From NCBI RefSeq assembly GCF_009834535.1, contig NC_045707.1, positions 52,888,001 to 52,952,000 of the forward strand: a stretch of DNA of 64,000 nt, in the 5' to 3' direction. Numbering within the stretch: the stretch's first letter is position 1; every line of letters starts with the position of its first letter. This DNA comes from Camelus ferus (taxonomy: Eukaryota). The notes under the pieces are model-generated. The model ran no database searches and was not told the DNA's origin. It saw only the letters and a program-made list of their open reading frames with translations. Positions 38,223 to 58,700 of the stretch are shown one piece after another. A program made the translations under genes and the position numbers.

Positions 38223-38743
38223 CGACGGGACAGGAGGGAAGGCAGGGGTGCGGGCACAACCACTAAAAGGACGACACAGACAGTGAGGCTACGACATAAA
38301 CTGGTTAGAACCAACTCGGCCCCAGATAGCGGGAGATGCCACCTCCAGTGTACCTGGAGCCCCATTATACCCTCATTTCAATAAAATTAGCCTTGCAGAT
38401 GAGACGTGCCCATCATGCACCGAGGCCATGACACTTTCAATCCAGACTAAATAAGGACAAAAACCCTTCTCCCACTCGGGAAGGTGAAGCGGGGATGGAA
38501 CTCAGGGAATACGACCCCCAACCCTTCCCTCCCCAGGGAACGTTCTTCCCATTCATTTTTACACCCTGTGCAACCAACTTGCCAAAGAAACTCAGGGCAG
38601 CTGCCCACCTGAGCCTGCCTGCTCTCCCCTTGAGAGCGTCCTATCCACCTCTTAATAAATCCTCACTTTACTTTCTTAACCTCCCAGTCCCGTCTCTGAC
38701 TCATTCTTTCTGTAGCAAGACAAGAACCTAATAACCGGTGACA
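38223..38743 (+). mobile_element. ERV1-type solo LTR
   Basis: About 520 bp with an internal AATAAA near 38653, ending ...ggtgaCA. Its 5' part is similar to the LTR at 50112. Confidence 0.65.
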
Positions 38744-41106
38744 ACCTCACCAAGACAGAGGGTTAATTTGGGCAACGTCAGGTTTAAGGACGAAATGAAG
38801 CAGGTCGAGTTCTTGGATCTTGTGACAAAGAGAAAACGGAGGTAAAGGGAGGCAGGCCTGAGCAGTGGCTGCAGAGTCTGTCAGAAGACTCGGTATCAGC
38901 CTGGAGGAAACTGGTGCCCGACCTGGCTCAAAAAACGCTGGTTAATTTGTTCAATTCCCCAGAACGGTTCTGTCAACCTTTGGTGCAGACAAATACTGCC
39001 TAATACTTGGATTTCCCTACTTGGATTGTAAAAATGCCTACCTAGATTATTTCACCGCTTTATTTCCTCCTCCAGTTTCAAAAATTCAGAAACAAAGTCG
39101 TCTGCTTCTACAGCTTATATTATTCATAACTTTCACCCTTCTAAGGAAGTAAAATAAACATGAAGGACATACCCGTAAGGTAAGAGGGTGAGTTAAACAT
39201 CTTCCTGACAAAGCAGCCTCTAGGACAGAGTCTGGAGGTAAGAGAAGATGGGGTGGGGGAGGCAGGGCAGGAGCTGCCCCTTGAATCTGCTCGACATGGA
39301 AGGAAGGAGCCAGACACAGAGGGCAGGTCACGGACGACACCATCAGCATGAGGGTCATGAGGAGGAGGAACTTCTCCAAGGGGGTAAAGTCCGGACGGCG
39401 CCTGCCTTGGGCAGGGGTTGGTGGTGAGGCATCGACTGGGAAGGGAACTCTCCGAGGGGTGGAGACAGCCTCATTCTGATCTGAGCACTGGCTACGTGGG
39501 CGTGTGCACAAATGAAACTCCATCGAGATGTAAACTGAAGGTATGTGCATTTCACTGCACGTTAATTATGCCTCGACACTCAAAAACTCTCTGGGGACAG
39601 TCCTCAGACCCTGCGGTCTGACCTCTCTCTCACAGAGAAGACCAGAGCCCCGAGAGTTAACTTGGCCTCGGAAGCTGAGGTGAACTGCCCTGGCGGGTGA
39701 CATCCACGGGCGCCCCAACGTGAGACCCATTAACAGAAGCTCAGCTCTGCTCTAAGGAGCAGGGAAGGGGGTTCTCGGAATCCCCGGGACCTGGGATCTC
39801 TGACTCCAGGTGAGAAGGGGAGGAGGGGCCGGTGCGGGCAGTGATTCCCCCTCCATGGGCATCGCAGAAGGAAATGACTCAGGGAGGGGCCGGGCGCGGG
39901 CAGCCCCTCCCCTCCCGTCGGTGGCAGCCTGGGGCCCTGCAGGGCCTCGTGGGAGGAGGGCCGATGCTGGCACAATGTGAAGGGTTCCAGTCCAGTTTTC
40001 ACTCAGGAGGGACCGAGCCAGGCTCCTTCTTCTAGGATGGCTACCTCCCCCATTATTTGCTCTGACTTCCCAGGAAAAGGATTAGGAACCTAACAGGAAA
40101 GAGGAAGTGAGGAAGGGTGGAACTGTTTTGGTTGGCTTTCTTAAAATGCTAAAGATCTTTTGTTTTAAATATAAGTTCCCCATGAGCAATACTTTTGCAC
40201 GTGACATCCTGCTCCGAAGTTTGTGCCATAAGCTCACACATGAGCTGCATGCATGGCCCAGGGCAGACCTGGCTGGTCCCCGGGTCCTTGTCAACCACTC
40301 TACTCTCCCTGCTCCCCTCTGGTGGACAGAGGTCTCTGCCCCTTCCTTCTTCTTACTTGGCTTGGGCCCAACCCCTCTTCCTGTCCATCTGCAGCTTTCC
40401 AAGGTGTCAGCGTGGTCCCTGTGGCCCCCAGCCCCACGCCTGTTTGAGAGCTGCAGAGACTAGTCAGCGGGGCCGTAAGGATGTGAGCTCAGCCAGGGTG
40501 GCAGGGAGCTGGGGAGCCCCAGAGGGCCCGAGACTCCCTACAGGAGACACCTACCCCAACCTGGAGCCCTCCCTTCAGAGTACATGGTCTCACATCTGTA
40601 AACAGATGTCCCCATCCGGCCCAGAGTCCTGTGGCAAGCACGAGACATGGGAGATACGGGACACGGGACGTGGGAGCGAACGCCCCAAGGCTCCACGCCC
40701 ACTTAGAGGAAACACGTCTCGTTTACTTTGAAGGACAGCCCTCTCCTCCCAAAAAGCGTCTTATCTGCCCCCCCCCATGAGTAAAGCCAATGATGCTTCC
40801 CAGATAAAACACTCCCGCCTGCCTGCTAGCGTCCATTCGAGCACGGAGGAAACAGGGTTGTGTTCATGGAATGGCACTCGAAACCGCCATGTTTAGCGAT
40901 CTGATAGTCACAAATCTACACATAATAAGACTAATAATAAGCATAACTTGTTAGAACTACTTTTAAACATAAACTAACAGGCTTTTAAAACATTGGTTTT
41001 AAATGTTTTCTCCATTCTTACCATGCTTGGCTCGCTAAGGTTTGACTGTTACGTTTTCTCCTTGGGCAGAAAAAAATCTACTACCGCCTTCTACTCCTCC
41101 CAAAAG

Positions 41107-43207
41107 GATCCAAACGTGAGATCAGGAAAGTGATGCAATTCCTGGGGAAGGACCTAGAAGAAGAGGTTTAAGACAAAATTGTCTACCACACTTCATTTGA
41201 TGTCATGAAAAACAGCTACATGACATGAAAATGAACCATGAGCTTTCTCCGTTCATGAAAAAAGGTGACGTGTGTGCGCTCTGCCTTTCTCCCATAACAG
41301 AGAATTCACTGATTCCTAACTGGGTTTCTGCCTTCGAGCTGGGTGAATCACTGCCTGAAGGGTTTTCTGAAGCCAGTTTCTCGAAGCCTTATTCAGAGAG
41401 AGCCCACGTCTCACCCTCAGAGAAGTGTGGGAACCCACCACCCGCCCCCTTGGAGCCCCAGAGCATAAATACGTTTCTGAGAAGGAACTCTGCTTTAATT
41501 CTGCTTAACTCGGGGCTTCAAAAATACACCTAACAAAAACGTCTTTCTCAAGCAAAGCCTTTAATCTCCAGGACACTAGTGTTCCTCCCTTCACATTCTG
41601 GAGGACAGTGGCAAAGGTCATTGGCCTTATGAGTTGGGAGGGTGGCCACTTAGTCAAAATGCCTTCACTGAGAGTGACCACGGAGGCACCTTGAGTGGTT
41701 GGAGCCTGGCCGGAGCCAGGACCTGCAGCCGCCAGCCCAGCTCCCATGCTGGTGACTCCTTAATGGAGACAAAATTTGTTGAGGTTGTAACCACTTTAGG
41801 GAAATGAAAAAAAAAACAAAATTCTGGTACCTTTTGTTTGATAAAATAAGCAAAAACTTAAGGCTCAAAGGAGAAATTTTCTAATTTGATCTTTAATGAA
41901 CCTGATTTCTTTTTTTTTTCCTTTTTTTAACATTTTTATTAGAGTTGATTTGCAATGTGTTAGTTTCAAGTATACAGCAAAGTGATGCAGTTACACATAA
42001 TAATTTCATTATAGGTCACTACAAGATATTGAATATCGTCCCCTGTGCTGTACAGTAGAAACTTGTTGTTCATCTGTTTCATATACAGTAGTGTGTGTCC
42101 GCAGATCTCAAACTCCAAATGTATCACTCCCCCCACCCCCTTTCCCCTTTGGTAACCATAGTTTGTTTTCTATGTCTGTGAGTCTATTTCTAGTTTGTAA
42201 ATAAGTTCATTTGTCTCATTTTTTAGATTCCACATGAGTGAGATTGTGCAGTATTTGTCTTTCTATATCTGGCCTGTTTCACCTCACATAGTGTCCCAGG
42301 ACTGCTTTTGTTCATGGATAGCCAGCTGTTGTTTTGGGAGTGAAGGCTGGTATCTCTTACTCCACCATTTTGCTGATAGCCCTAAGGCATCTAATTTTCT
42401 TGTAATCCCATTGATAAATCATGTAACCATGTAATTTATTACTCCTAGAAAATTAAGGAAATTTACATTTCACACATGAAAATAACGCTGTACGGCTCAG
42501 AGAGCCTATGTGAAGCTGACGGCCGGGAGCCATCAGAAGGGAAATTGCATTCTATAGACTCTGTGGCCATTCTCAGTTATGAAAGACAAAAACGTCTGAA
42601 TACTCTGTTGCATTAAGTGTGAAGTAAAGTTAACCAACCCTACCGTCCCTTCACAGGCCATTGCTTTATCACACGTGAACACAATGAGAACCTAGGCTGG
42701 GAAGGAGAGGCCTCAGCCGTGTTCAACTCGGAACGCTGCCCGCACTAGGGACACAGATGAGACAGAGAGCTCTGCGGGGCAGCCACGTGCACCAGCCCTC
42801 CAGCCACCCCAGAGAAGATGAGAAAAATCAGTCCTGTTACCTTAAGGAGAAAGTTAGATGTTCTGAGGGTTCGGGAAGCGCTGGCCCGTCAGAGGGCTCA
42901 AGGTGCGATGCGGAGAATTAGCCCGCGTCCCGAGCGTTTCAGAGCGAAGCTATTTGCAGACACCTCCCCTGCCAAGCGGGGCAGTCACCTGGAGCCAGGG
43001 AGCTGGTGTCTGTGCGGGGACGTTAGGAATTGAGAGGAAGGGACTGATGTGCAAAGTGGTTAAAGTGTGTGAGCATATCATTGAGTGTGCTTTCCACTAC
43101 CCTCTTAGGAGTCATGGGAGTTCACTGAAGCTCAGAACCAGAAGTTTAATGAAGACTATGCGAGAAACATGGCTGACACCTCCCTGTCGTTCTGCGTGGG
43201 GCTCTGC
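41107..43207 (+). pseudogene. SULT1C pseudogene remnant; only the last two coding exons are recognisable
   Basis: 41107-41264 is an exon-6 homolog ([33 protein letters not shown]...SPFMKK) with a 1-nt deletion, TAA at 41169-41171, and 158 nt versus the usual 181. 43109-43207 is an exon-7 homolog (GVMG--FTEAQNQKFNEDYARNMADTSLSFC) with a 14-nt deletion removing DWKNH. Flanking AG/GT sites are retained. Confidence 0.88.
41905..42290 (-). mobile_element. L1 3' end (artiodactyl-type)
   Basis: Poly-T followed by ttagtttcaagtatacagcaaagtgat...ttttagattccacatgagtgag. Confidence 0.75.
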
Positions 43208-43884
43208 AGCCCGGAGTAAACACGTCCTCTCGGCCGCCTCCCTGAAGTGGAGGAGAAACCTGTTTCCAGCGACCACCATGGCTTGGGTGCCTTGACGGAG
43301 GGCTTTTGAACAATGCCTGGGCGTCCCTCAGCCCTGAATTCCTGATCTGCCTTTTGGATGGGCCCCAGTGTCACTTTCCAGCCTCAACACTCCTCCTGCT
43401 CCCCCTCCCCAGATTCGCAGTGTTAGGTGAATTTCGGCATAGCAGCGTGTAGTGTGTGACACAGTGCACGGCCGGTCATTTCTGTTCCTCCTGTAATCCA
43501 CTATCGTGCTATAATGTTCCTTGAATTAAAACATTGCTCTCAAACTTAGTCATCGGAAATGCCAGCTCCAGTCACTTGACAGCAGACTTGTGTCGAGGGC
43601 CCTATCCATGTGGGGACAGAGGGTGTCGAAAGATGATAAAAATAAGGCTACTTCCCCCAAGAAAAGTGCAGCCTAGTAGGGCCACAGGCAAACTGCCCAG
43701 TCGAGCGAGCTGACTCGCTCTGCCACAGGGGAAAGGCTCTGGGGCAGGACTGCAGAGCGGGGCAGGGCGCCGGGGTGGGGCCCAGAGAGGCCGAGGGCCA
43801 GGCCTGGGGTCTCACAGTGCCCACAACATCAGTCTCCCTGTCTCCCCCGCCCACAGCCTGTGGTCCTGCTAAGCGCAGGTGCCC

Positions 43885-46209
43885 CACAGACCTGAAGTTT
43901 CCACAAGTTAAGGCTGTGGCCACCCTGCGTCGAGCAAGTCTGAAAAAACAATGTGTAAACCTTAATTTAAAAATATTTATTGCTTAAAAATGCTAACCAT
44001 CATCTAAGTCTTCAGTGAGTCATAACATTTTTGCTGGGGTGTCCTGCCTCCACGTTGATGGCTGCTGACTGGTCAGGGTGCTGGCTATTGAAGGTGGAGG
44101 TAGCTGAAGAAATTTCTTAAAAATTAGACAACAGTGAAGTTTGCCACGCCTACTGACCCTTCCTTTCATGAGTGAGTTCTCCGCAGCATACAGTGCTGTC
44201 TGACAGCGTTTTTCCCACAATAGAACTTCTTTAAAAACTGGACTCGATCCTCTAAAACCCTGCCACTGCTTTTTCAACTACATTTATGTCATATTCAAAA
44301 TCCTTTGCTGTTATTTCAACAGTCTTCACAGCATCTTCACCAGGAGTAGATTCCATCTCAAGAAACCACCTTGCTCTAACATAACATAAACCAACTATAC
44401 TTCAATTGAAAAAAAAAAAAGAAAGAAACCGCTTTCTTTGCTCATCCATAAGCAGCAGCTCCTTGTCTGTTCAGGTTTCATCCTGAGACGCAGCAGCACA
44501 ATCCCGTCTTCAGGCTCCACGCCGAATTCCAGTTCTCTTGCCATTTCTACCACGTCTGCAGTGGCTTCTTCCACGGAAGGCTAGAACCCCTCAAAGTCAT
44601 CCAGGAGAGTTGGAGTCAACTTCTTCCAAACTCCTGTGAATGTGAGTATTTTGACCTCTTCCCATGAATCAGGAATGTTCTTAAATGGGATCTAGAATGG
44701 TGACTCTTCCCAGAAGGTTTTCAGTGGACTCTGCCCACATCCATCAGGGGAATCCCCACCTGCAGCAGCCACAGCCTTAGGAAACGTACTCCTTAAATAA
44801 TGAGGCTTGAAAGTCGAAATGACTCCTGGGTCCGCGGGCTGCAGAGTGGATGCTGTGTCACCGGCATGAGAACAACACAGACCTCCTTGTCCATCCCCCT
44901 CAGAGCTCTCGGGGGACCAGGTGCCCTGACAAGGGGCAGTGGTGTTGCAGAAGGAACCTTTGTTTCTGGGCAGTAGGTCTCAACAGTGGGATTAAGAATA
45001 TCCAGTAACCGTGTTGTAAACAGATGTGCTGTCGTGCAGGCCCTGCTGTTCCACTTACAGACACAGGCAGAGCAGGTTTAGCCTCATTCTTCAGGGTCCC
45101 AGGACTTCCGGATGGTAAATGAGCACTGGCTTCAGCTCCACATCATCAGCTGCACTAGCCCCTTCCCTCACAGTCCCTGAAGCCGGGCACTGACTCCTCT
45201 CTGGCTGTGGAAGTCCTGGGCGGCATCGGCTTCCCACAGAGGCTGCTGCTTCGTCTGCACTGGGAATCTGCTGTGCAGCGCGACCACCGCCGTGAGTGAT
45301 CTGAGCCGGGTCTCCCGGGGAACCTGCCGCGGCCTCCCCACCCGCACCGGCTGCGCCTCCCACACTGTGACGTCACGAGGGCGGCGTCCCCCCTGAAGCC
45401 TCGTGAACCAGCCTCAGCCTCTGCTGCCTTCACACTCTTCCTCCTCAGCTTCCTCACCTCTCAGCCTTCACGGACTCGAAGAGAGTCGGGACTTCGCTCC
45501 AGATTAGACTTTGGCTAAAAGGAACGCTGTGGCTGGTTGACCTCTCCAGGCACTAACACTTTCTCCGCATCAGCAAGAAGGCTGTTTCACTTTTGTCTCA
45601 TTCCCGTGTTCACTGGAGCAGCACTTTTAGTTTCCTTCAAGACTTTCCCTTCGCAGCCGTGACTTGGCTAATTGACACAAGAGGCCCAGCTCTCAGCCTG
45701 TCTCGGCTTTCGACAGCCTTCCTCACGAAGCTTTTTGAGCTTTTTTTTCACCTTTTAAGTCATACATACGTGTGTGTGTTATTGAAGTACAGTCAGCTGA
45801 CAATGTTGCCGGTGCACAGCACTGATTTAAGGTGAGAGACGTGTGGCGCTTCCTTCCACCCGAACACTCAGAGGTCATTCACTGCAGGGCTATTAATTGG
45901 CCTGGTCTCAATACTGTTGTGTCTCAGGGGACAGGGAGGCCCGAGGGGAGGCAGAGACGGGGACCAGCCGTCCGTGGAGCAGTTGGAACACACACAACAT
46001 TACTGACTGGGTTCTCTGTCTTACAGGGGTGCGGTTCATGGCACCCAAAACCATTACAAAAGTAACATCAAATATCACTGCGCACAGATCACCATAACAA
46101 ACAAAATAATAATGAAAAAGATTGAAATGTTGGGAGAATTACCAGATCGTGACACAGAGACACGAGGTAAGCAGATGCTGTTGGAAAGATGTCACCGACA
46201 AATTTGCTC
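43885..46209 (-). mobile_element. Near-full-length degenerate Tigger1 (TcMar) DNA transposon
   Basis: About 2.3 kb continuous match to recalled Tigger1 in reverse orientation (aaaaaacaatgtgtaaaccttaatt...ccatctcaagaaacc...tgctgttggaaagatg). Minus-strand transposase-like peptide remnants are present (e.g. RKLRRKSVKA). Confidence 0.8.
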
Positions 46210-47120
46210 CATCCTCCTGGTGTGGCAGCCCTTCCTCGGAAACTAAGGGCCCACCAGGAGCCACCTCGTTAGCACAAACTCAGGCGTGGTCGAAAGGGGG
46301 TCTCTAAGAACAACCGAAGATACTGCGGTCACTCAGGAACTTCTGAGGGTTTTTGAAACACAGTGTCAGAAGCCAGAGACAGGCCAGACGATTACGCCAC
46401 AAGGAGAAACAGGAAAACTGCACGGGTCTGCTCTTCTTTTTGAGATGGCCAGCAGAGCAGGGTTGTGGTTGAAACAGAAGGGAAAAAACTCCAGCAGGGG
46501 CCAGGAATGGTTCCCGGGAGGGTAGCACACAGCATAAACACACAGCAGGGCTTCTAGGGAAGCACAGAGGCCCACAGGACTCTGGCAGGAGCCTGAGAGG
46601 CGGGCCCCGGGAGGGGGATGTGTTCTGCAGCTCTCCAGCTTCTGCATTCCACTTGGCTGTAGATGAGACAGATATTCGAAAGTCTGTGAAGAGGCCCCGG
46701 TTGATATGGTACTGGACAGCCTGCAAAAGGAGGGGCCCTTCCCCAGCAGAGCACCATTTACTTAAAAATGACATGGCAGCCCCTTTCGCACCTCCGTGCT
46801 GGGAGACACAGCTCCAGCCCCTGGCTGTCAGCAGCCCTTTCAGGGAAGTTGTTCTTTCTGCATTGCAACCTGTGATTCCACGGGCAGGTGCCTTGCAGCT
46901 CTTTAAGAAGCTTAAAATTCCCAGGAGAAACACTTAATGGCGATCTGTGACTTATTTTGTGAAGAAAGAGAAGAAGCAGAAACAGGAGGCCTTTCTCGGC
47001 AGTGACACGTCATGGCCTGGCTGGGGAGGAGGCGGGACAGGGTCAGGAGAGCGCTGGGTAAAGTCCTGAACAATAGTTCCCAGCTCCCAGCTGGCCAGCA
47101 GAGGGAGGCCTGTGGTCTGA

Positions 47121-55372
<8,252 letters not shown>

Positions 55373-55595
55373 GGAAGAAAAGAACCTCAGCTCGAGCAGT
55401 AGGACGCTCACTACCCAGGCCACACGCCATTGGATTCAGGTGCCGGGCTAGTATTGCCTGTGTTTGCTTTTGCTCACTCTACACAAAACCTTGTAACCAG
55501 CAGGATTTGTAAGTAATCTAAACAATTCAACTCAATTTAAACATAAACACACCCAACGAGAGAAATTCAACTAGCCAAACTAAGGAGAGACAAAA

Positions 55596-55601
55596 ATTAA
55601 A
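55596..55601 (+). terminator. Candidate polyA signal (ATTAAA) of SULT1C4
   Basis: ATTAAA followed by a GT-rich tract at about 55626-55648. Confidence 0.4.
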
Positions 55602-55689
55602 CTGAATTACTCTAAACCAAACCAACTGTCTTTCAGTGTGTGTCTTGCCCAAGTGAGTTAAGTGATGTTTATTTTATAATTTATACTCA

Positions 55690-56560
55690 CTTGTACACTT
55701 AGGTTCACACAGAAGCCTGTACATAAATGTTTATCGTGGCTCTAGTCTTAATCACCCCAACAAACCCAAATGTCACGCGGTTGCTGAATGGATAAATAAG
55801 TAGGGCACATCTGTACAGTGAACATCACTCAGCAACAGAAGGGAACAAATTACTGACAAGTGCGACAACCTGAGTGAATCTGAAAGGCATCTTGCCAAGG
55901 TGAGGATGCCAGTCTCAAAAGGTAACACGCTGCATGTTCCCATCTCTATGACACTGGTGGTGACGGAGAACAGACGGGGGTTTGCAGAGGTTAGGGATGG
56001 GAGGATCGTAGGCCACAGCGAGTATTTCGGAGGAGTCCCAGGGGTAATAAAACTGTTCTCTAGACTGATCACACCAGTCTGCACAGATTTTAAAATTCAA
56101 AGAGCTGTGTGCCAAAAGGCAAGGCAATATTTCCGTACATTAATTGAAAAAATAAAATGAAGGTTGGGGAGGACTATAGTTTTCAAAAATGTGAATTCTT
56201 CTTATTCTTCTTTTGAGATACACTTGACACATCACATTCTAGCAGTTTCAGGTATACAATACAATGGTTTGGTATTTATATGTCTTGTGAAATGATCACC
56301 ACAATAAGTCTAACATCCATCACCATATATGGTTACAAAAAATGCTTTTCTTGACTTGAGAGCTTTTAGGATCTATTCTCTTAGCAGTGTTCAAATACAG
56401 TACAATGTTGTCAACTGCAGTCACCAAGCTGTACATGACATCCTCAGGAATTATTTACTTTATAAATAAAAGTTTGTGCCTTTTGACCCCTTTACCCATT
56501 TTGCCCATCCCCACCCCTGGCCTCTGGCAACCATTCTGCTATCTATGAATTTGGTTGTTT
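55690..56560. mobile_element. L1 3' fragments (+ strand about 55690-56160; - strand about 56210-56560)
   Basis: aatgtttatcgtggc...gaatggataaataag; gtttcaggtatacaatac...tttgtgccttttgacccc. Confidence 0.6.
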
Positions 56561-57605
56561 TTGTTTTGGGGGTGGAGGGTTCTAACAAAATGTCAAAAAT
56601 GTCAATTTTATAAAAGACAAACGCCATGGAAATGTTTCAGATTAAAAAAACCTTAAGAGAAGTGACAATTCAATGCAAACCCTGGTCCTCGGCTGTACCC
56701 CATACTGGAAGGGAAAAAATGCATTAAGTCCTTAATGTTAATAGAACAAATATCCCTGTAGTTTCTGTTCTAAGCTTACTCAAAACCTAAAAAAAACTGA
56801 CTAGTGATCTTAGGTTCTGTTTTGCTGGTTGGTTTCTACACCAGTTAATTAATAGATTCAACTAAGTTTTCATGGAGTGTGGGCTGCATACAAGGCAATG
56901 GACTTGATGGAGAAAGGGCAACAGGAAGTCCTCTATTTTTCACCAAAAGCTGCTCAAAGTCTTGGGTTTTTCCGGCACTACCTGCCGAACTATTTGGTCT
57001 TCTTTCTGAATGGTGTTTGCTGCCACATAAACATTAAGAATTTTGGTGGCTTCTAGGAATTACTCGTGAGTTTTCTAAAAACCTGCCTGGGATGACTTGT
57101 CTAGTGTGGAAAAGTCATTCACCACAACACAGCACAAGGTCCAAGTCACGGGCGTTTTCTGAAGCCAGCTCCTTACAGGGGACGTTTTTGGCAAGCTGGC
57201 ACTCTTGCCCCCAAGATACGAGTACGGGCGTTGGAGGTGACAGCAAACGGCAGGCTCTGGCTGCCCTAACAGAGCGCTCGGACCGGCTCAGGCATCACAC
57301 CTCTGTCCCGGGGACTGGGACCAGGTGTCCTCAGGCCACTCCCTCCCGTGCCAGCGTCCCCACGCTCAGGGCTGTCTCCTCAGTCATGTACAAAGACAGA
57401 CCTCGCTGTCACCAAAGGGAAGTGTCAACAGAGGCCCCGCACCAGGCTGTGCCCCCGGGCGGGGACCGGGGCCACCACTGTCCAGGAGGACGGCGGGGTC
57501 CAGGCCATGGGTGCTCTCCGGTCGCCCTCTGCCACCTGCAGCCACAGGGCACAGCCCCAGTGCCAGGTCCCAGCACGAAGGGTGTCTCAGGGAACCAACG
57601 TGGGA

Positions 57606-57890
57606 TGAGGGGACATGTGAGGGACAGATGAAGGGCGAGGTAAGGGGACAGCTGAGGGGACAGCTGAGGGACTGGAGAGGGGACAGCTGAGGGGACAAAT
57701 GAGGGACAGGTGAAGGGACAGCTGAGGAGACAGGTGAGGAAAAGGAGAGTGGACAGGTGAGGGGACAGGAGAGGGACAGCTGAGGAGACAGCTAAGGTGA
57801 CAGCTGAGGGACAGGAGAGCAGACAGTTGAAGGGACAACTGAGGGGACAGGAGAGTAGACAGGTGAAGGGACAGTTGAAGAGACAGGAGA
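57606..57890. repeat. Minisatellite, about 24 degenerate copies of an 11-12 bp unit (GAGGGGACAGCT)
   Basis: Directly visible tandem units such as gaggggacagct, gagggacaggt and gaggagacaggt. Confidence 0.9.
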
Positions 57891-58700
57891 CTTGGGCGAC
57901 TACCCGAGCCCGGCGAGGCCCCTCCCTGACGGCCGCCCCGCCCCGCCCCTTCGAGGCCGTCCTGGAGGGGTTAGGGCGGGGCGCGCGTGGGGAGCCTCCT
58001 CCCAGACGGAAGCGGAAGCGCAGGCGCAGGCGCCTCCGGGCGGTCACCGTGGAGACGGGGGGGCGGGGCCGGCGGAGAAGCGCGACCTTTGACCCACGGT
58101 CGGGCTCCGTCCGAGGCGGCGGCGGGCGGAAGTGCGGGCTGCGGGCGGCCATGGAGGTAACGCGGCAGCGCCGGGGCTTGGGGGCTGAGGGGCTGAGGAG
58201 CTGAGGGCCCGCTCCACTCCCCGCCCGCCCGCCCGCCCCGCGGCGTCCGCAGGACTCGCTCTGACCGCCGGGTCTCGCTTTGTCTTGCAGGATCCTGTTC
58301 ACGATGGGGTGGCCTCCCCAGCCACTCCCGGCACCGGGAGATCCAAGGTGAAGGGAGCCTGACTAGCGGCGCTCCGAAGCGGCCGGGGTCGCGAACTGGA
58401 CACTTAGCCGGGAAGGGTGGCCCGCCTGGCCGGACGCTTTCCCCCGGGGTCTCAGTTGGAGGGTCACTGTCACCCGTTTAGCTCCCTTCTCTCCTCTGTC
58501 ACGTTTCCCGGGGGGAGAAGCCCTGGCTTTGGGGTCACTTCCTGTCCTGCCCGGCGCCGCCGCGGCCCTGCAGGGTCTCGGACATTGACCGGGCTCGCAG
58601 ATGTGAGGCGCTGGAGGTCGGGGGACGGGGCGGCCCCCCCCCCACGCGCGCCTCCGGGTCGTGGGGGCGGGTGAACGGGGTCGTTTTTACGGCCCTGGGC
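57890..58700. promoter_or_regulatory. CpG island / GCC2 housekeeping-type promoter
   Basis: Very GC- and CpG-rich. GC boxes at about 57936-57981, tandem ETS-type CGGAAG at 58007-58018, and NRF1-like GCGCAGGCGC at 58018-58027, all upstream of the ATG at 58151. Confidence 0.85.

Noticed and set aside
39965..39990. tgctggcacaatgtgaagggtt, resembling SULT exon 5 (HVKGW)
   Set aside because: Too short, and the flanks do not align to exon 5.
57606..57890. Possible CRISPR-like array
   Set aside because: Eukaryotic DNA with contiguous tandem units and no unique spacers.
57409..58302. 297-aa minus-strand ORF and overlapping ORFs
   Set aside because: By-product of the minisatellite and CpG island: low complexity and stop-poor.
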